Origin: Oscillospiraceae bacterium | GTDB taxonomy: Bacteria > Bacillota > Clostridia > Oscillospirales > Ruminococcaceae | Length of the DNA stretch: 47,692 bases | Reading direction: 5' to 3' | Assembly (NCBI GenBank): GCA_045615915.1 | Contig: JAZLFU010000016.1 | Span: 1-47,692 of the forward strand | Shown here: positions 15,401 through 23,438 of the stretch, one piece after another | Numbering within the stretch: position 1 is the first letter of the stretch | How the letters are laid out: each line of letters starts with the position of its first letter | The notes under the pieces: model-generated | Told to the model about the DNA's origin: nothing | The model's input: only the letters and a program-made list of their open reading frames with translations | The model's database searches: none | Program-made: the position numbers and the translations under genes

Positions 15401-16351
15401 ATGAAAAAAATTATCAGTTTAGTTTTGGTTTTCGCATTTATCTTTGCTTTTGCCGGATGCTCCAATGCTCCCGCCGCAAAAGACAGCTTCAAAGTCGGTA
15501 TCTGCCAGCTCGTACAGCACGAAGCTCTTGATGCCGCAACCGAAGGCTTTAAATCCGCTCTTACCGAAAAGTTCGGTGATAAAGTCGAATTTATCGAGCA
15601 GAACGCTTCCGGCGATTCCGCGACCTGCATCACCATTTGCAACCAGTTCGTTTCCGAAGGCGTTGATCTTATGATGGCTAACGCGACTCCCGCTCTCCAG
15701 GCTGCCGCCGCCGCGAGCAACACCATTCCGATAGTCGGAACTTCCATTACCGACTATGCTACTGCTCTTGAAATAACCGATTGGACCGGCAAGACCGGAA
15801 GCAATATCACCGGTACCGCCGACCTTGCTCCTCTTGATGAACAGGCGCAGATGCTCAAAGATATTTTCCCGGATGCAAAGAAAGTCGGTATTCTCTTTTG
15901 CTCCGCGGAGCCTAACTCCCTTTACCAGGCAAATGTTATCGGTGAGATCCTTACCGGTATGGGACTTGAAGTAACAAACTTCACCTTTGCGGACAGCAAT
16001 GACGTTGCTTCCGTTGCCGCAAATGCCTGCGCCGAATGTGATGTTCTCTATACTCCTACCGATAACGTAGTCGCAACCTGCAGCGAGACCATTCACAATA
16101 TCGCTCTTCCCGCAGGTGTTCCGATAGTCGCCGGTGAAGCGGGACAGAGCTGCGGCGCCGTAACTCTTTCCATAGATTACTTCGATATCGGTTATATCGC
16201 CGGTGAAATGGCAGCCGAGATCCTTACCGAGGGCAAAAACCCCGGCGATATGGATATCGGATTTGCTCCGAAGGTAACTAAAATGTTCAATCCCGCAGTT
16301 TGCGAGGCCCTTGGCATTGCCGTTCCCGAAGATTACGTTGCAATAGGCTGA
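15401..16351 (+). CDS. ABC transporter substrate-binding lipoprotein (PF04392-type; KEGG 'putative tryptophan/tyrosine transport system' class), paralogue 1
   Basis: It has a lipobox (FAFAGCS), then KVGICQLVQHEALDAA...NASGDSATC...ANATPALQAA, typical of this SBP family. The start was set at the ATG at 15401, which follows GGAGG. Confidence 0.8.
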   Translation: MKKIISLVLVFAFIFAFAGCSNAPAAKDSFKVGICQLVQHEALDAATEGFKSALTEKFGDKVEFIEQNASGDSATCITICNQFVSEGVDLMMANATPALQAAAAASNTIPIVGTSITDYATALEITDWTGKTGSNITGTADLAPLDEQAQMLKDIFPDAKKVGILFCSAEPNSLYQANVIGEILTGMGLEVTNFTFADSNDVASVAANACAECDVLYTPTDNVVATCSETIHNIALPAGVPIVAGEAGQSCGAVTLSIDYFDIGYIAGEMAAEILTEGKNPGDMDIGFAPKVTKMFNPAVCEALGIAVPEDYVAIG

Positions 16352-16442
16352 AAATAAAACAGCAAAAGGCTCAATTAAGGTAAAAGCTTCGTTTATTTGT
16401 TTTGCCGTTTTCGGAAAATGTTTGAAAAATTGCGAATTGCTA

Positions 16443-16471
16443 TTGACTTTTACGGTTTAAGATGATATATT
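16443..16471 (+). promoter_or_regulatory. Sigma-A-type promoter of the second SBP leader
   Basis: TTGACT (16443-16448), a 17-nt spacer, then TATATT (16466-16471). Confidence 0.55.
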
Positions 16472-16509
16472 TTTACTATCAAAATTGGTGAAAGGAAGTA
16501 CAAACCGCA

Positions 16510-16647
16510 ATGGCAAAAGCATTTTCCGATAAAATGGCAAGATACTTTAGCTTTACCGCTTGCTTTTTTGCAGGCTTCTTTTGCTATGCGTTTAAATTCT
16601 TTTTCTTTAGAAACAGAAAAAATATTGTGCTTCCGATGCTTGGCTGA
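16510..16647 (+). CDS. Candidate Phe-rich leader peptide (45 aa) upstream of SBP gene 2
   Basis: AAAGGAAG lies 11 nt upstream. The product is MAKAFSDKMARYFSFTACFFAGFFCYAFKFFFFRNRKNIVLPMLG, with 12 Phe codons of 45, including FFFF at 16597-16608. Confidence 0.35.
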   Translation: MAKAFSDKMARYFSFTACFFAGFFCYAFKFFFFRNRKNIVLPMLG

Positions 16648-16687
16648 TTTTGTATAATAAAAAACAAAATGTAAACCGTGAAAACAG

Positions 16688-16726
16688 CAGCTTCGCAAAG
16701 CACAAAATGCGAAGCTGTTTTATTTT
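16688..16726 (+). terminator. Intrinsic terminator inside the leader of SBP gene 2
   Basis: A perfect 10-bp stem cagcttcgca (16688-16697) / tgcgaagctg (16708-16717) is followed by TTTTATTTT. It ends 24 nt before the ATG at 16750. Confidence 0.7.
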
Positions 16727-16749
16727 GCAGCTTTAAAGGAGATCAAAAA

Positions 16750-17715
16750 ATGAAAAAGCTTATCTGTGCCATTCTTTTGGCAGCACTCGTACTTTCTCTT
16801 GCGGCCTGCGGAGAAGCCCCTGCGAATAACACTTCTGATGATACCTATATCGTAGGTATCTGCCAGCTTGTTCAGCACGAAGCCCTCGATGCGGCAACCA
16901 AGGGATTTAAAGACGTTCTTACCGAAAAGCTCGGCGATAAAGTAAAATTTATCGACCAGAACGCTTCCGGTGATTCCGCGACCTGCATTACCATATGCAA
17001 CCAGTTTGTCGCGGAAGGCGTTGACCTTATGCTTGCGAACGCAACTCCGGCTCTCCAGGCGGCGGTTGCTTCAACCGACAGTATTCCGATAGTCGGAACC
17101 TCCATCACCGACTACGCGACTGCTCTAGAAATTCAGGATTGGTCAGGAAAGACCGGCAAAAATATAACTGGTGCCGCCGATCTTGCGCCTCTTGATAAAC
17201 AGGCTGCGATGATAAAGGAGCTTTTCCCGGAAACAAAGAATGTAGGAATAATTTATTGCTCCGCCGAGCCTAACTCCGTATATCAGGCAGACGTAGTCGA
17301 AGGTTACCTCAGTGATATGGGGATAAACGTAAAACGTTACACCTTCGCCGATACCAACGATGTAGCTTCTGTTGTTTCCACGGCCTGCGTGGAAAGCGAT
17401 GCGCTTTATATCCCTACGGATAACACTGCGGCGACCTGCGGTGAAACCATCAATAATGTTGCGCTTCCCGCAGGTGTTCCGATCATTACCGGTGATGCCG
17501 GTACCTGCAAAGGCTGCGGCGTTGCAACTCTTTCTATAAGCTACTATGACCTCGGAAGAATTTCCGGCGAAATGGCGGCTGAAATCCTTATGGAAGGCAA
17601 AAATCCCGGAGATATGGAGATACAGTTTGCTCCCGAAGCAGTTCCGCAGTACAACGCCGTAAATTGCGCCGCCCTCGGAATCACTCCTCCGGAAAATTAC
17701 GCAGTTCTTGAATAA
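16750..17715 (+). CDS. ABC transporter substrate-binding lipoprotein, paralogue 2
   Basis: It has a lipobox (LSLAACG). It is roughly 70 percent identical by eye to paralogue 1 over the mature region. The start follows AAAGGAG. Confidence 0.8.
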   Translation: MKKLICAILLAALVLSLAACGEAPANNTSDDTYIVGICQLVQHEALDAATKGFKDVLTEKLGDKVKFIDQNASGDSATCITICNQFVAEGVDLMLANATPALQAAVASTDSIPIVGTSITDYATALEIQDWSGKTGKNITGAADLAPLDKQAAMIKELFPETKNVGIIYCSAEPNSVYQADVVEGYLSDMGINVKRYTFADTNDVASVVSTACVESDALYIPTDNTAATCGETINNVALPAGVPIITGDAGTCKGCGVATLSISYYDLGRISGEMAAEILMEGKNPGDMEIQFAPEAVPQYNAVNCAALGITPPENYAVLE

Positions 17716-17773
17716 CGGATAAAAGGAATACTTTTGGCATTTCTCAATATAAACATTTGGGGGTCATTTCTTA

Positions 17774-18715
17774 ATGGATTTTTTGGCAGCATTCGGCGGG
17801 CTTGATATCATGACACTTTTTAAGGCCTGTCCGGGTTATATAGCGCAGGGTGCAATTTGGGGCATTATGGCGCTCGGACTTTATATCTCTTACAGCATAT
17901 TGAATTTCTCCGATCTTACAGTCGATGGTTCCTTTGCAACCGGTGCTGCGGTGGCGGTAATGCTTATACTTGCAGGCTGGCCCGCGTGGGCGGCTATGAT
18001 AATAGCTACCGTTGCCGGTATGATAGCGGGACTTATAACGGGTATTCTCCATGCGGCTCTCGGTATTGCGCCGATACTTGCCGGAATACTTACCCAGATA
18101 GCCCTCTATTCGATAAACCTTCATATTCTCGGCAATAAACCGAACCAGGCGGTAAGCGTTGATAAATATGATCTGATACTTTCCCTCCGTACTGTCAATT
18201 CCGCAATATTTGTGGCTCTTGCCTTTGCCGCCGCTCTTATAGCGCTGTTCTACTGGTTCTTCGGAACGGAAATAGGCTCCGCAATAAGAGCAACGGGATG
18301 TAACGAAAGAATGGCAAAGGCCCAGGGAATAAACACCAATCTTATTAAGATCTTTGCCCTTGCGATCTCCAACGGAATAGTTGCTTTTGCCGGTGGACTT
18401 CTTGCCCAGTACCAGGGTTTTGCCGATGCTCAAATGGGACGCGGCGCCATAGTAATAGGCCTTGCTTCCATAATAATCGGCGAAGTTCTTGCGGAGGTCA
18501 TTTTCCATAAACGTATGCATTTTGCGGTGTGCCTTACCTCTGCGGTGGTCGGCGGAATTATATATTACGTTGTAATGGGAATTGTTCTTTGGCTCAAGCT
18601 TCCTACAAACGATATGAAACTCTTTACGGCAATAATCGTTGCGGTATTCCTTGCCGCGCCTCAACTCAAAGGCAAACTGAAAATAGGCCAAAAGAAAAAA
18701 CAGGTTGAGGATTAA
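17774..18715 (+). CDS. ABC transporter permease (branched-chain/BPD_transp_2-like, partner of PF04392 SBPs)
   Basis: The 313-aa polytopic membrane protein follows the SBP genes and precedes the ATPase. Confidence 0.75.
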   Translation: MDFLAAFGGLDIMTLFKACPGYIAQGAIWGIMALGLYISYSILNFSDLTVDGSFATGAAVAVMLILAGWPAWAAMIIATVAGMIAGLITGILHAALGIAPILAGILTQIALYSINLHILGNKPNQAVSVDKYDLILSLRTVNSAIFVALAFAAALIALFYWFFGTEIGSAIRATGCNERMAKAQGINTNLIKIFALAISNGIVAFAGGLLAQYQGFADAQMGRGAIVIGLASIIIGEVLAEVIFHKRMHFAVCLTSAVVGGIIYYVVMGIVLWLKLPTNDMKLFTAIIVAVFLAAPQLKGKLKIGQKKKQVED

Positions 18716-18729
18716 GGGAGGTAACGGTT

Positions 18730-19533
18730 ATGGCAATGCTTGATATAAACGGAATTTATAAAACTTTTAATCCCGGCTCGATAAACGAAAAACGCGCTCT
18801 CAACGGCGTTGAGCTTCATCTCAATCCCGGTGATTTTGTAACCATAATCGGAGGCAACGGAGCAGGTAAATCCACTATGCTCAACGCCGTTGCCGGAGTT
18901 TGGCCCGTTGACGAAGGAAGTATCCTTATTGACGGAGTTGACGTTACCAATCTTCCCGAATATAAACGCGCGAAGTTCCTCGGAAGAGTTTTCCAGGATC
19001 CTATGACAGGAACCGCGGCGAATATGCAGATCGAAGAAAACCTTGCTCTTGCCGCAAGAAGAGGAAAACCGCGCGGACTTAAATGGGAGGTTACAAAAGA
19101 GGAAAAAGAGAATTTTCACGAGCTTCTCAAATCCCTCGACCTCGGTTTGGAAGACAGACTTTCCGCAAAAGTCGGACTTCTTTCCGGTGGCCAGCGTCAG
19201 GCGATAACCCTTCTTATGGCGACTCTCGTTAAACCGAAGCTCCTTCTCCTTGATGAACATACTGCGGCTCTTGACCCCAAAACCGCGTCGAAGGTTCTCG
19301 ACCTTACGGATAAAATAATCAGTGAGAACAATTTAACGGCGCTTATGGTAACTCATAACATGAACGACGCCATAAAACACGGCAACCGCCTTGTTATGAT
19401 GAATGACGGAAAGATCATTTATGACGTTTCCGGTGAGGAAAAGAAAAATCTTACCGTTGACGATCTTCTTAAAAAGTTTACCGAAGTTTCCGGCGAGGTT
19501 TACGCCGATGACAGAAGTATGCTCGCAAAATAA
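18730..19533 (+). CDS. ABC transporter ATP-binding protein
   Basis: It has Walker A (GGNGAGKST), the signature LSGGQRQ, and Walker B (LLLLDEHTAALD). A strong SD precedes it. Confidence 0.85.
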   Translation: MAMLDINGIYKTFNPGSINEKRALNGVELHLNPGDFVTIIGGNGAGKSTMLNAVAGVWPVDEGSILIDGVDVTNLPEYKRAKFLGRVFQDPMTGTAANMQIEENLALAARRGKPRGLKWEVTKEEKENFHELLKSLDLGLEDRLSAKVGLLSGGQRQAITLLMATLVKPKLLLLDEHTAALDPKTASKVLDLTDKIISENNLTALMVTHNMNDAIKHGNRLVMMNDGKIIYDVSGEEKKNLTVDDLLKKFTEVSGEVYADDRSMLAK

Positions 19534-19570
19534 TTTGTTTTCTCCTTAACTCTTTACATTATTATAAAAA

Positions 19571-19604
19571 TGCGCAGATGAATTTTTTCACCTGCGTATT
19601 TTTT
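19571..19604 (+). terminator. Intrinsic terminator after the ABC operon
   Basis: The stem tgcgcagatg / cacctgcgta (one mismatch, one G-U pair) has an 8-nt loop and is followed by TTTTTT. Confidence 0.55.
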
Positions 19605-19686
19605 ATACAAAAAATTTAAAACCGGCGTTTTTTTGCTCCGTTTTGGCAGAAAATAATATAAGTATCTGAATAACGGAGGCTTTGAA

Positions 19687-20826
19687 TTGAGAAATTTTGA
19701 AATGAAAACGAAGGTCTTTTACGGAGAAAACGCCCTTGACCGTATTCTCGAAGAAAAAAGCAGATGCGCATTTGTGATAGCCGATCCCTTTGCCGTAAAA
19801 AGCGGCCTTATAAACCGGGTTACCGAAAGGCTCGACCAAAAGGGAATACGCTATAAAATTTTTGATGACGTAGTTCCGGATCCGCCTATGGATAAAGTTA
19901 TCGAGGGCGTAAAAATGGCGCTTGAAATACATTCGGACTGTCTGATGGCGGTGGGGGGCGGCTCTGCGATGGATTATACGAAGGCTGTTCGTATGTTCGC
20001 AAGGAGAACGGATCCTACCTTCGATCCTAAATTTGTGGCAATTCCCACAACGAGCGGAACGGGAAGTGAGGTTACGGAGGTAGCGGTAATAACCGACACG
20101 AATAAAAACACAAAAAATCCAATATGTTCAAAGGAGCTTATTGCCGATGAAGCGATACTCGATGCGGAGCTTGTGAAAACGGTTCCGCAGAATATAACCG
20201 CGGATACGGGTATGGATATTATGACTCACGCGCTGGAAGCCTTTGTAAGTACGGGCCACAGCGATTTTACCGATGCCCTTGCGGAAAGAGCAATAAAGCT
20301 CTGTTTTCGCTATCTTTTGCGCTCCTACGAAAGCAAGGACGATACAAAGGCGAAAGAAAAAATACACGTTGCTTCCTGTATGGCGGGAATCGCTTTTAAT
20401 TCCGCGGGGCTTGGGCTTAATCACGGAATGGCACACCAGCTCGGAGCAAGGTTCCATATTCCCCATGGAAGGGCAAACTCAATACTTCTCCCCTATATAA
20501 TAGATTACAACAGCGGAGCGGCGGCATCCGGCAACAGCGAAAATTCCTGTGTGGGAAGATACTGCGAAATTGCCGCGGGCCTTGGAATAACCGGAGCGGA
20601 CGAGACCACAACTCTTCATTCGCTTATGAATTATTTCAAAATGCTCGCGAAGGAAATGAATATGCCCGGCTCTGTTGAAGAAATAGGCAATATCCAAAAG
20701 GAGGAGTATTTTTCCGCGATAGACGAAATGGCGGAAGCGGCGCTTTATGACGCCACAACGCAGACAAATCCGAGAACTCCGGAAAAAGAGGAAATAGTCG
20801 AACTATTTAAAAGAATTTGGAACTGA
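19687..20826 (+). CDS. Iron-containing (group III) alcohol dehydrogenase
   Basis: AVGGGSAMDYTKA, the TTSGTGSEVT motif, and the metal-binding His region (HGMAHQLG...HIPHGRAN) are present. The TTG start lies 7-8 nt after GGAGG. Confidence 0.8.
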   Translation: MRNFEMKTKVFYGENALDRILEEKSRCAFVIADPFAVKSGLINRVTERLDQKGIRYKIFDDVVPDPPMDKVIEGVKMALEIHSDCLMAVGGGSAMDYTKAVRMFARRTDPTFDPKFVAIPTTSGTGSEVTEVAVITDTNKNTKNPICSKELIADEAILDAELVKTVPQNITADTGMDIMTHALEAFVSTGHSDFTDALAERAIKLCFRYLLRSYESKDDTKAKEKIHVASCMAGIAFNSAGLGLNHGMAHQLGARFHIPHGRANSILLPYIIDYNSGAAASGNSENSCVGRYCEIAAGLGITGADETTTLHSLMNYFKMLAKEMNMPGSVEEIGNIQKEEYFSAIDEMAEAALYDATTQTNPRTPEKEEIVELFKRIWN

Positions 20827-20830
20827 ATAT

Positions 20831-20871
20831 AAAAAATGAGCACGGAAATTTCCCGTGCTCATTTATGTTTT
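20831..20871. terminator. Bidirectional intrinsic terminator (adh convergent with mrdA)
   Basis: The 10-bp stem atgagcacgg / ccgtgctcat is flanked by an A-run and a T-rich tract. It is nearly identical to the element at 41062-41101. Confidence 0.7.
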
Positions 20872-20877
20872 GCTTTT

Positions 20878-22872
20878 TTATTCGTTTTCAGCGGAATTTC
20901 CGTTAAAATAGTATGAGATGATTTCTTTCGCGACCGGAGCGGCTGTATAACCCTGCCAGCCTTTTTCGATTATTACGGCAATGGCTATTTCCGGGTTTTC
21001 GGCGGGAGCGAAACAGATAAACGTACTGTTTACCGTTGCGGTACTTGTTTGAGGAGTACCGGTTTTTGAAGCGACCTTCATATCAAAGCCGTTCCAGACG
21101 AAACCGGATGAATCGATAGAGGATTGGAGCATTCCGGAAAGAACGGTATTATAGGTGTAATCCGTCATATTCATATCCGAAAGGACTTCGACCGGCGTTT
21201 CGTAGAGGACTTCGCTGAAATCAAAGGCGTTGATACTCTTTACAAAATGGGCGTTTACCCTTACGCCGCGGTTGGCTATGGTGGAAACGTAATTCGCCAT
21301 CTGAACGGGAGAAAACAGGCTATAACTCTGTCCAATAGAGGTTTGCAAAACGTCTCCCTTTTGCCAGTTTATTCCGTTATCGGCGGCATAGTCGGGATTT
21401 GATACCTGGCCTATTCTTTCTTTCAGTTCAATTCCGGTAGGCTCTCCGAGTCCGTAATAATAGGCGTATTGCCTTATATTGTCTATTCCAAGCCTTCTGC
21501 CTACTTCATAGAAAAAGATATTGCAGGAATAACCGAGGGCGCGAATTACGTTTAACGAGCCGTGGTGCCCCAAACAGGTCGGTTGGTAGTCGGAATAGTA
21601 GGTGTATACGTGTTCGCATTTTACGGTGGCCTTTGCGTCTATTACTCCAAGCTGGAGCGCCGCCGTCGCAATAACCGGTTTAAAGGTCGAGCCTATGGCG
21701 TAAAGTCCTTCGCAGGAACGGTTGAAAAGGGGATTGTAATCCCGTTCGAGGATATCGGAATAATCTTCATAGTAGGTGGAAATATCATAGGAAGGGTAGT
21801 TTGCTGCGGCGAGTATCTCTCCGGTACCGACTTTCATTACAACGCAGGTTCCGCCTTCGGATTCCTTACCTTTTCCTTCCTGGGCGGTGGCGCGGAGATT
21901 GAGTATCTGTTTTTCGAGGGCTTCCTGGGCAACCCGCTGGAGGTCCATATCCATTGTGAGAACGACTGTGCCGCCGGGAACGGCAGGATCGATTATTTCC
22001 TCGCTTACGATTTCGCCGTTGTTGTCATAGTTTACTTTTACTGTTCCGTCGTGGCCTTTGAGAACGGATTCAAAAGCCGACTCTATTCCGCTTTTGCCGA
22101 TGGTATCGTTTATACCGTATATACTGTGGTCGAGGTTTTCATATTCTTCCTCATAGATCCTTCCGGTAATTCCGACGATATGGGGCGCAATGTCTCCATT
22201 AGGATATTCGCGGACGTAGCTTTCGATTATATCTACACCATGGAAGGAGTGGCCGCGTTCACTTATGATATTTATAGTATCTCTCGATACGTCTTTTGCA
22301 AAGGTATACGTGGTGTTGTAGTTATAGCCGTCCCGCTCCATCTGGTAGCGAACGCCGGCGATTTTTCGGAAATCCGTATCATTATACTTTTCAAGGTCAT
22401 ATCGTTCTTTAAGGCGGAATATTATGTCTTCCGCGGAGGCGAATTCCGCAACGCCGAGAGTTTTGCGAAGACGGGATTGAGCCGTTTCGGAACCGGTGTA
22501 TCTCCAGGGAGCGCTTTCGGAAATCGGGAGTGTATCTATCCATTCCTCGTTCGTATCTTCGAGCACGTCAATGAGCTTCATTATAACGGAATTTTCGCTT
22601 CCGGTGATAATTCCGTTTTTGTCTATGACCACGTTGTAGCAGACGCGGTTTGTTGCGAAGGAACGGCCGTAGCGGTCAACGATATCGCCCCTTGCGGCTT
22701 CGATGGTTTTCGTAACGGAATATCCCTGGGAAAGGTAGGACTGGTAGCTTTCGCCTTCGACTATTTGTATAGTCATAAGTCTTATCATTATCGCAAAGAC
22801 CGCGATCAGTATAAAGCCGACCAGAATAAAATGGCGATATTCCTTTGCGTTTTTATTTTGTTCGTTTGCCAA
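20878..22872 (-). CDS. mrdA: Penicillin-binding protein 2 (peptidoglycan D,D-transpeptidase)
   Basis: The 664-aa product has an N-terminal TM helix, the transpeptidase motif GSTFKP, and KTGT. It is the last gene of the mreBCD cluster. Confidence 0.85.
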   Translation of the reverse strand: MANEQNKNAKEYRHFILVGFILIAVFAIMIRLMTIQIVEGESYQSYLSQGYSVTKTIEAARGDIVDRYGRSFATNRVCYNVVIDKNGIITGSENSVIMKLIDVLEDTNEEWIDTLPISESAPWRYTGSETAQSRLRKTLGVAEFASAEDIIFRLKERYDLEKYNDTDFRKIAGVRYQMERDGYNYNTTYTFAKDVSRDTINIISERGHSFHGVDIIESYVREYPNGDIAPHIVGITGRIYEEEYENLDHSIYGINDTIGKSGIESAFESVLKGHDGTVKVNYDNNGEIVSEEIIDPAVPGGTVVLTMDMDLQRVAQEALEKQILNLRATAQEGKGKESEGGTCVVMKVGTGEILAAANYPSYDISTYYEDYSDILERDYNPLFNRSCEGLYAIGSTFKPVIATAALQLGVIDAKATVKCEHVYTYYSDYQPTCLGHHGSLNVIRALGYSCNIFFYEVGRRLGIDNIRQYAYYYGLGEPTGIELKERIGQVSNPDYAADNGINWQKGDVLQTSIGQSYSLFSPVQMANYVSTIANRGVRVNAHFVKSINAFDFSEVLYETPVEVLSDMNMTDYTYNTVLSGMLQSSIDSSGFVWNGFDMKVASKTGTPQTSTATVNSTFICFAPAENPEIAIAVIIEKGWQGYTAAPVAKEIISYYFNGNSAENE

Positions 22873-22913
22873 AGCGAAAGCTCACCGCCTTTCTTCGTGA
22901 AATTTTGCCTGAA

Positions 22914-23438
22914 TTATTTATTCACCGTATCTATTTCCAGCTTATCGTGGAGCCAGCGGAAAATATAATAGTAGGGGAGAGAAAAAATCGAGCTCAACAA
23001 AACAGGGGGGACGATTACGGTATAGAAAAAGCCGGGCAATCCCTCGTACTGATACAGAACGTAGGAAAAGAAAAAATCGGAAAACGCGGTAAGAAAAAGT
23101 CCGCCGAAGCAAAGGAGCATTGCGTTCATCGTATCGCGCCGGAGGATATAAATCGTGATAAGCCCTATAATCGTGCAGAACACGAGATAAAAAAGCGCAT
23201 TGAAGCCGAAAATCGTTTCGGCGGCGGTATCACAGAAAATGCCCGCAAAAAAGCCGAAAAGCCCGCCGATAAATTCGCCTTCGAAAATAGCAATACAAAT
23301 ACAGGCAGGCAAGACGAGGTTCGGCTTTATTCCGTAAAAATCAAGAACTCCGGGAGTGCTCTGAATAATAAAAGAGAAGAAGATGATGATGGAATAAAGC
23401 GTATATTTAAGCAATTTTATTCTGAAATATCTTGTCAT
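22914..23438 (-). CDS. mreD: Rod shape-determining protein MreD
   Basis: The 174-aa polytopic membrane protein has a start that overlaps the mreC stop (ATGA). Confidence 0.75.
   Translation of the reverse strand: MTRYFRIKLLKYTLYSIIIFFSFIIQSTPGVLDFYGIKPNLVLPACICIAIFEGEFIGGLFGFFAGIFCDTAAETIFGFNALFYLVFCTIIGLITIYILRRDTMNAMLLCFGGLFLTAFSDFFFSYVLYQYEGLPGFFYTVIVPPVLLSSIFSLPYYYIFRWLHDKLEIDTVNK

Noticed and set aside
16450-16698. 82-aa ORF on the - strand in the inter-SBP spacer
   Set aside because: It has no SD and a Lys-rich low-complexity product. It overlaps the promoter, the small + strand ORF and the terminator that better explain this spacer.
17771-18691. 306-aa ORF on the - strand
   Set aside because: It is the antisense shadow of the ABC permease gene. 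Its product is Tyr/Arg/Lys-rich and not membrane-like.
21562-22968. 468-aa ORF on the + strand
   Set aside because: It is the antisense shadow of mrdA (PBP2), which has the STFK and KTG transpeptidase motifs on the minus strand.
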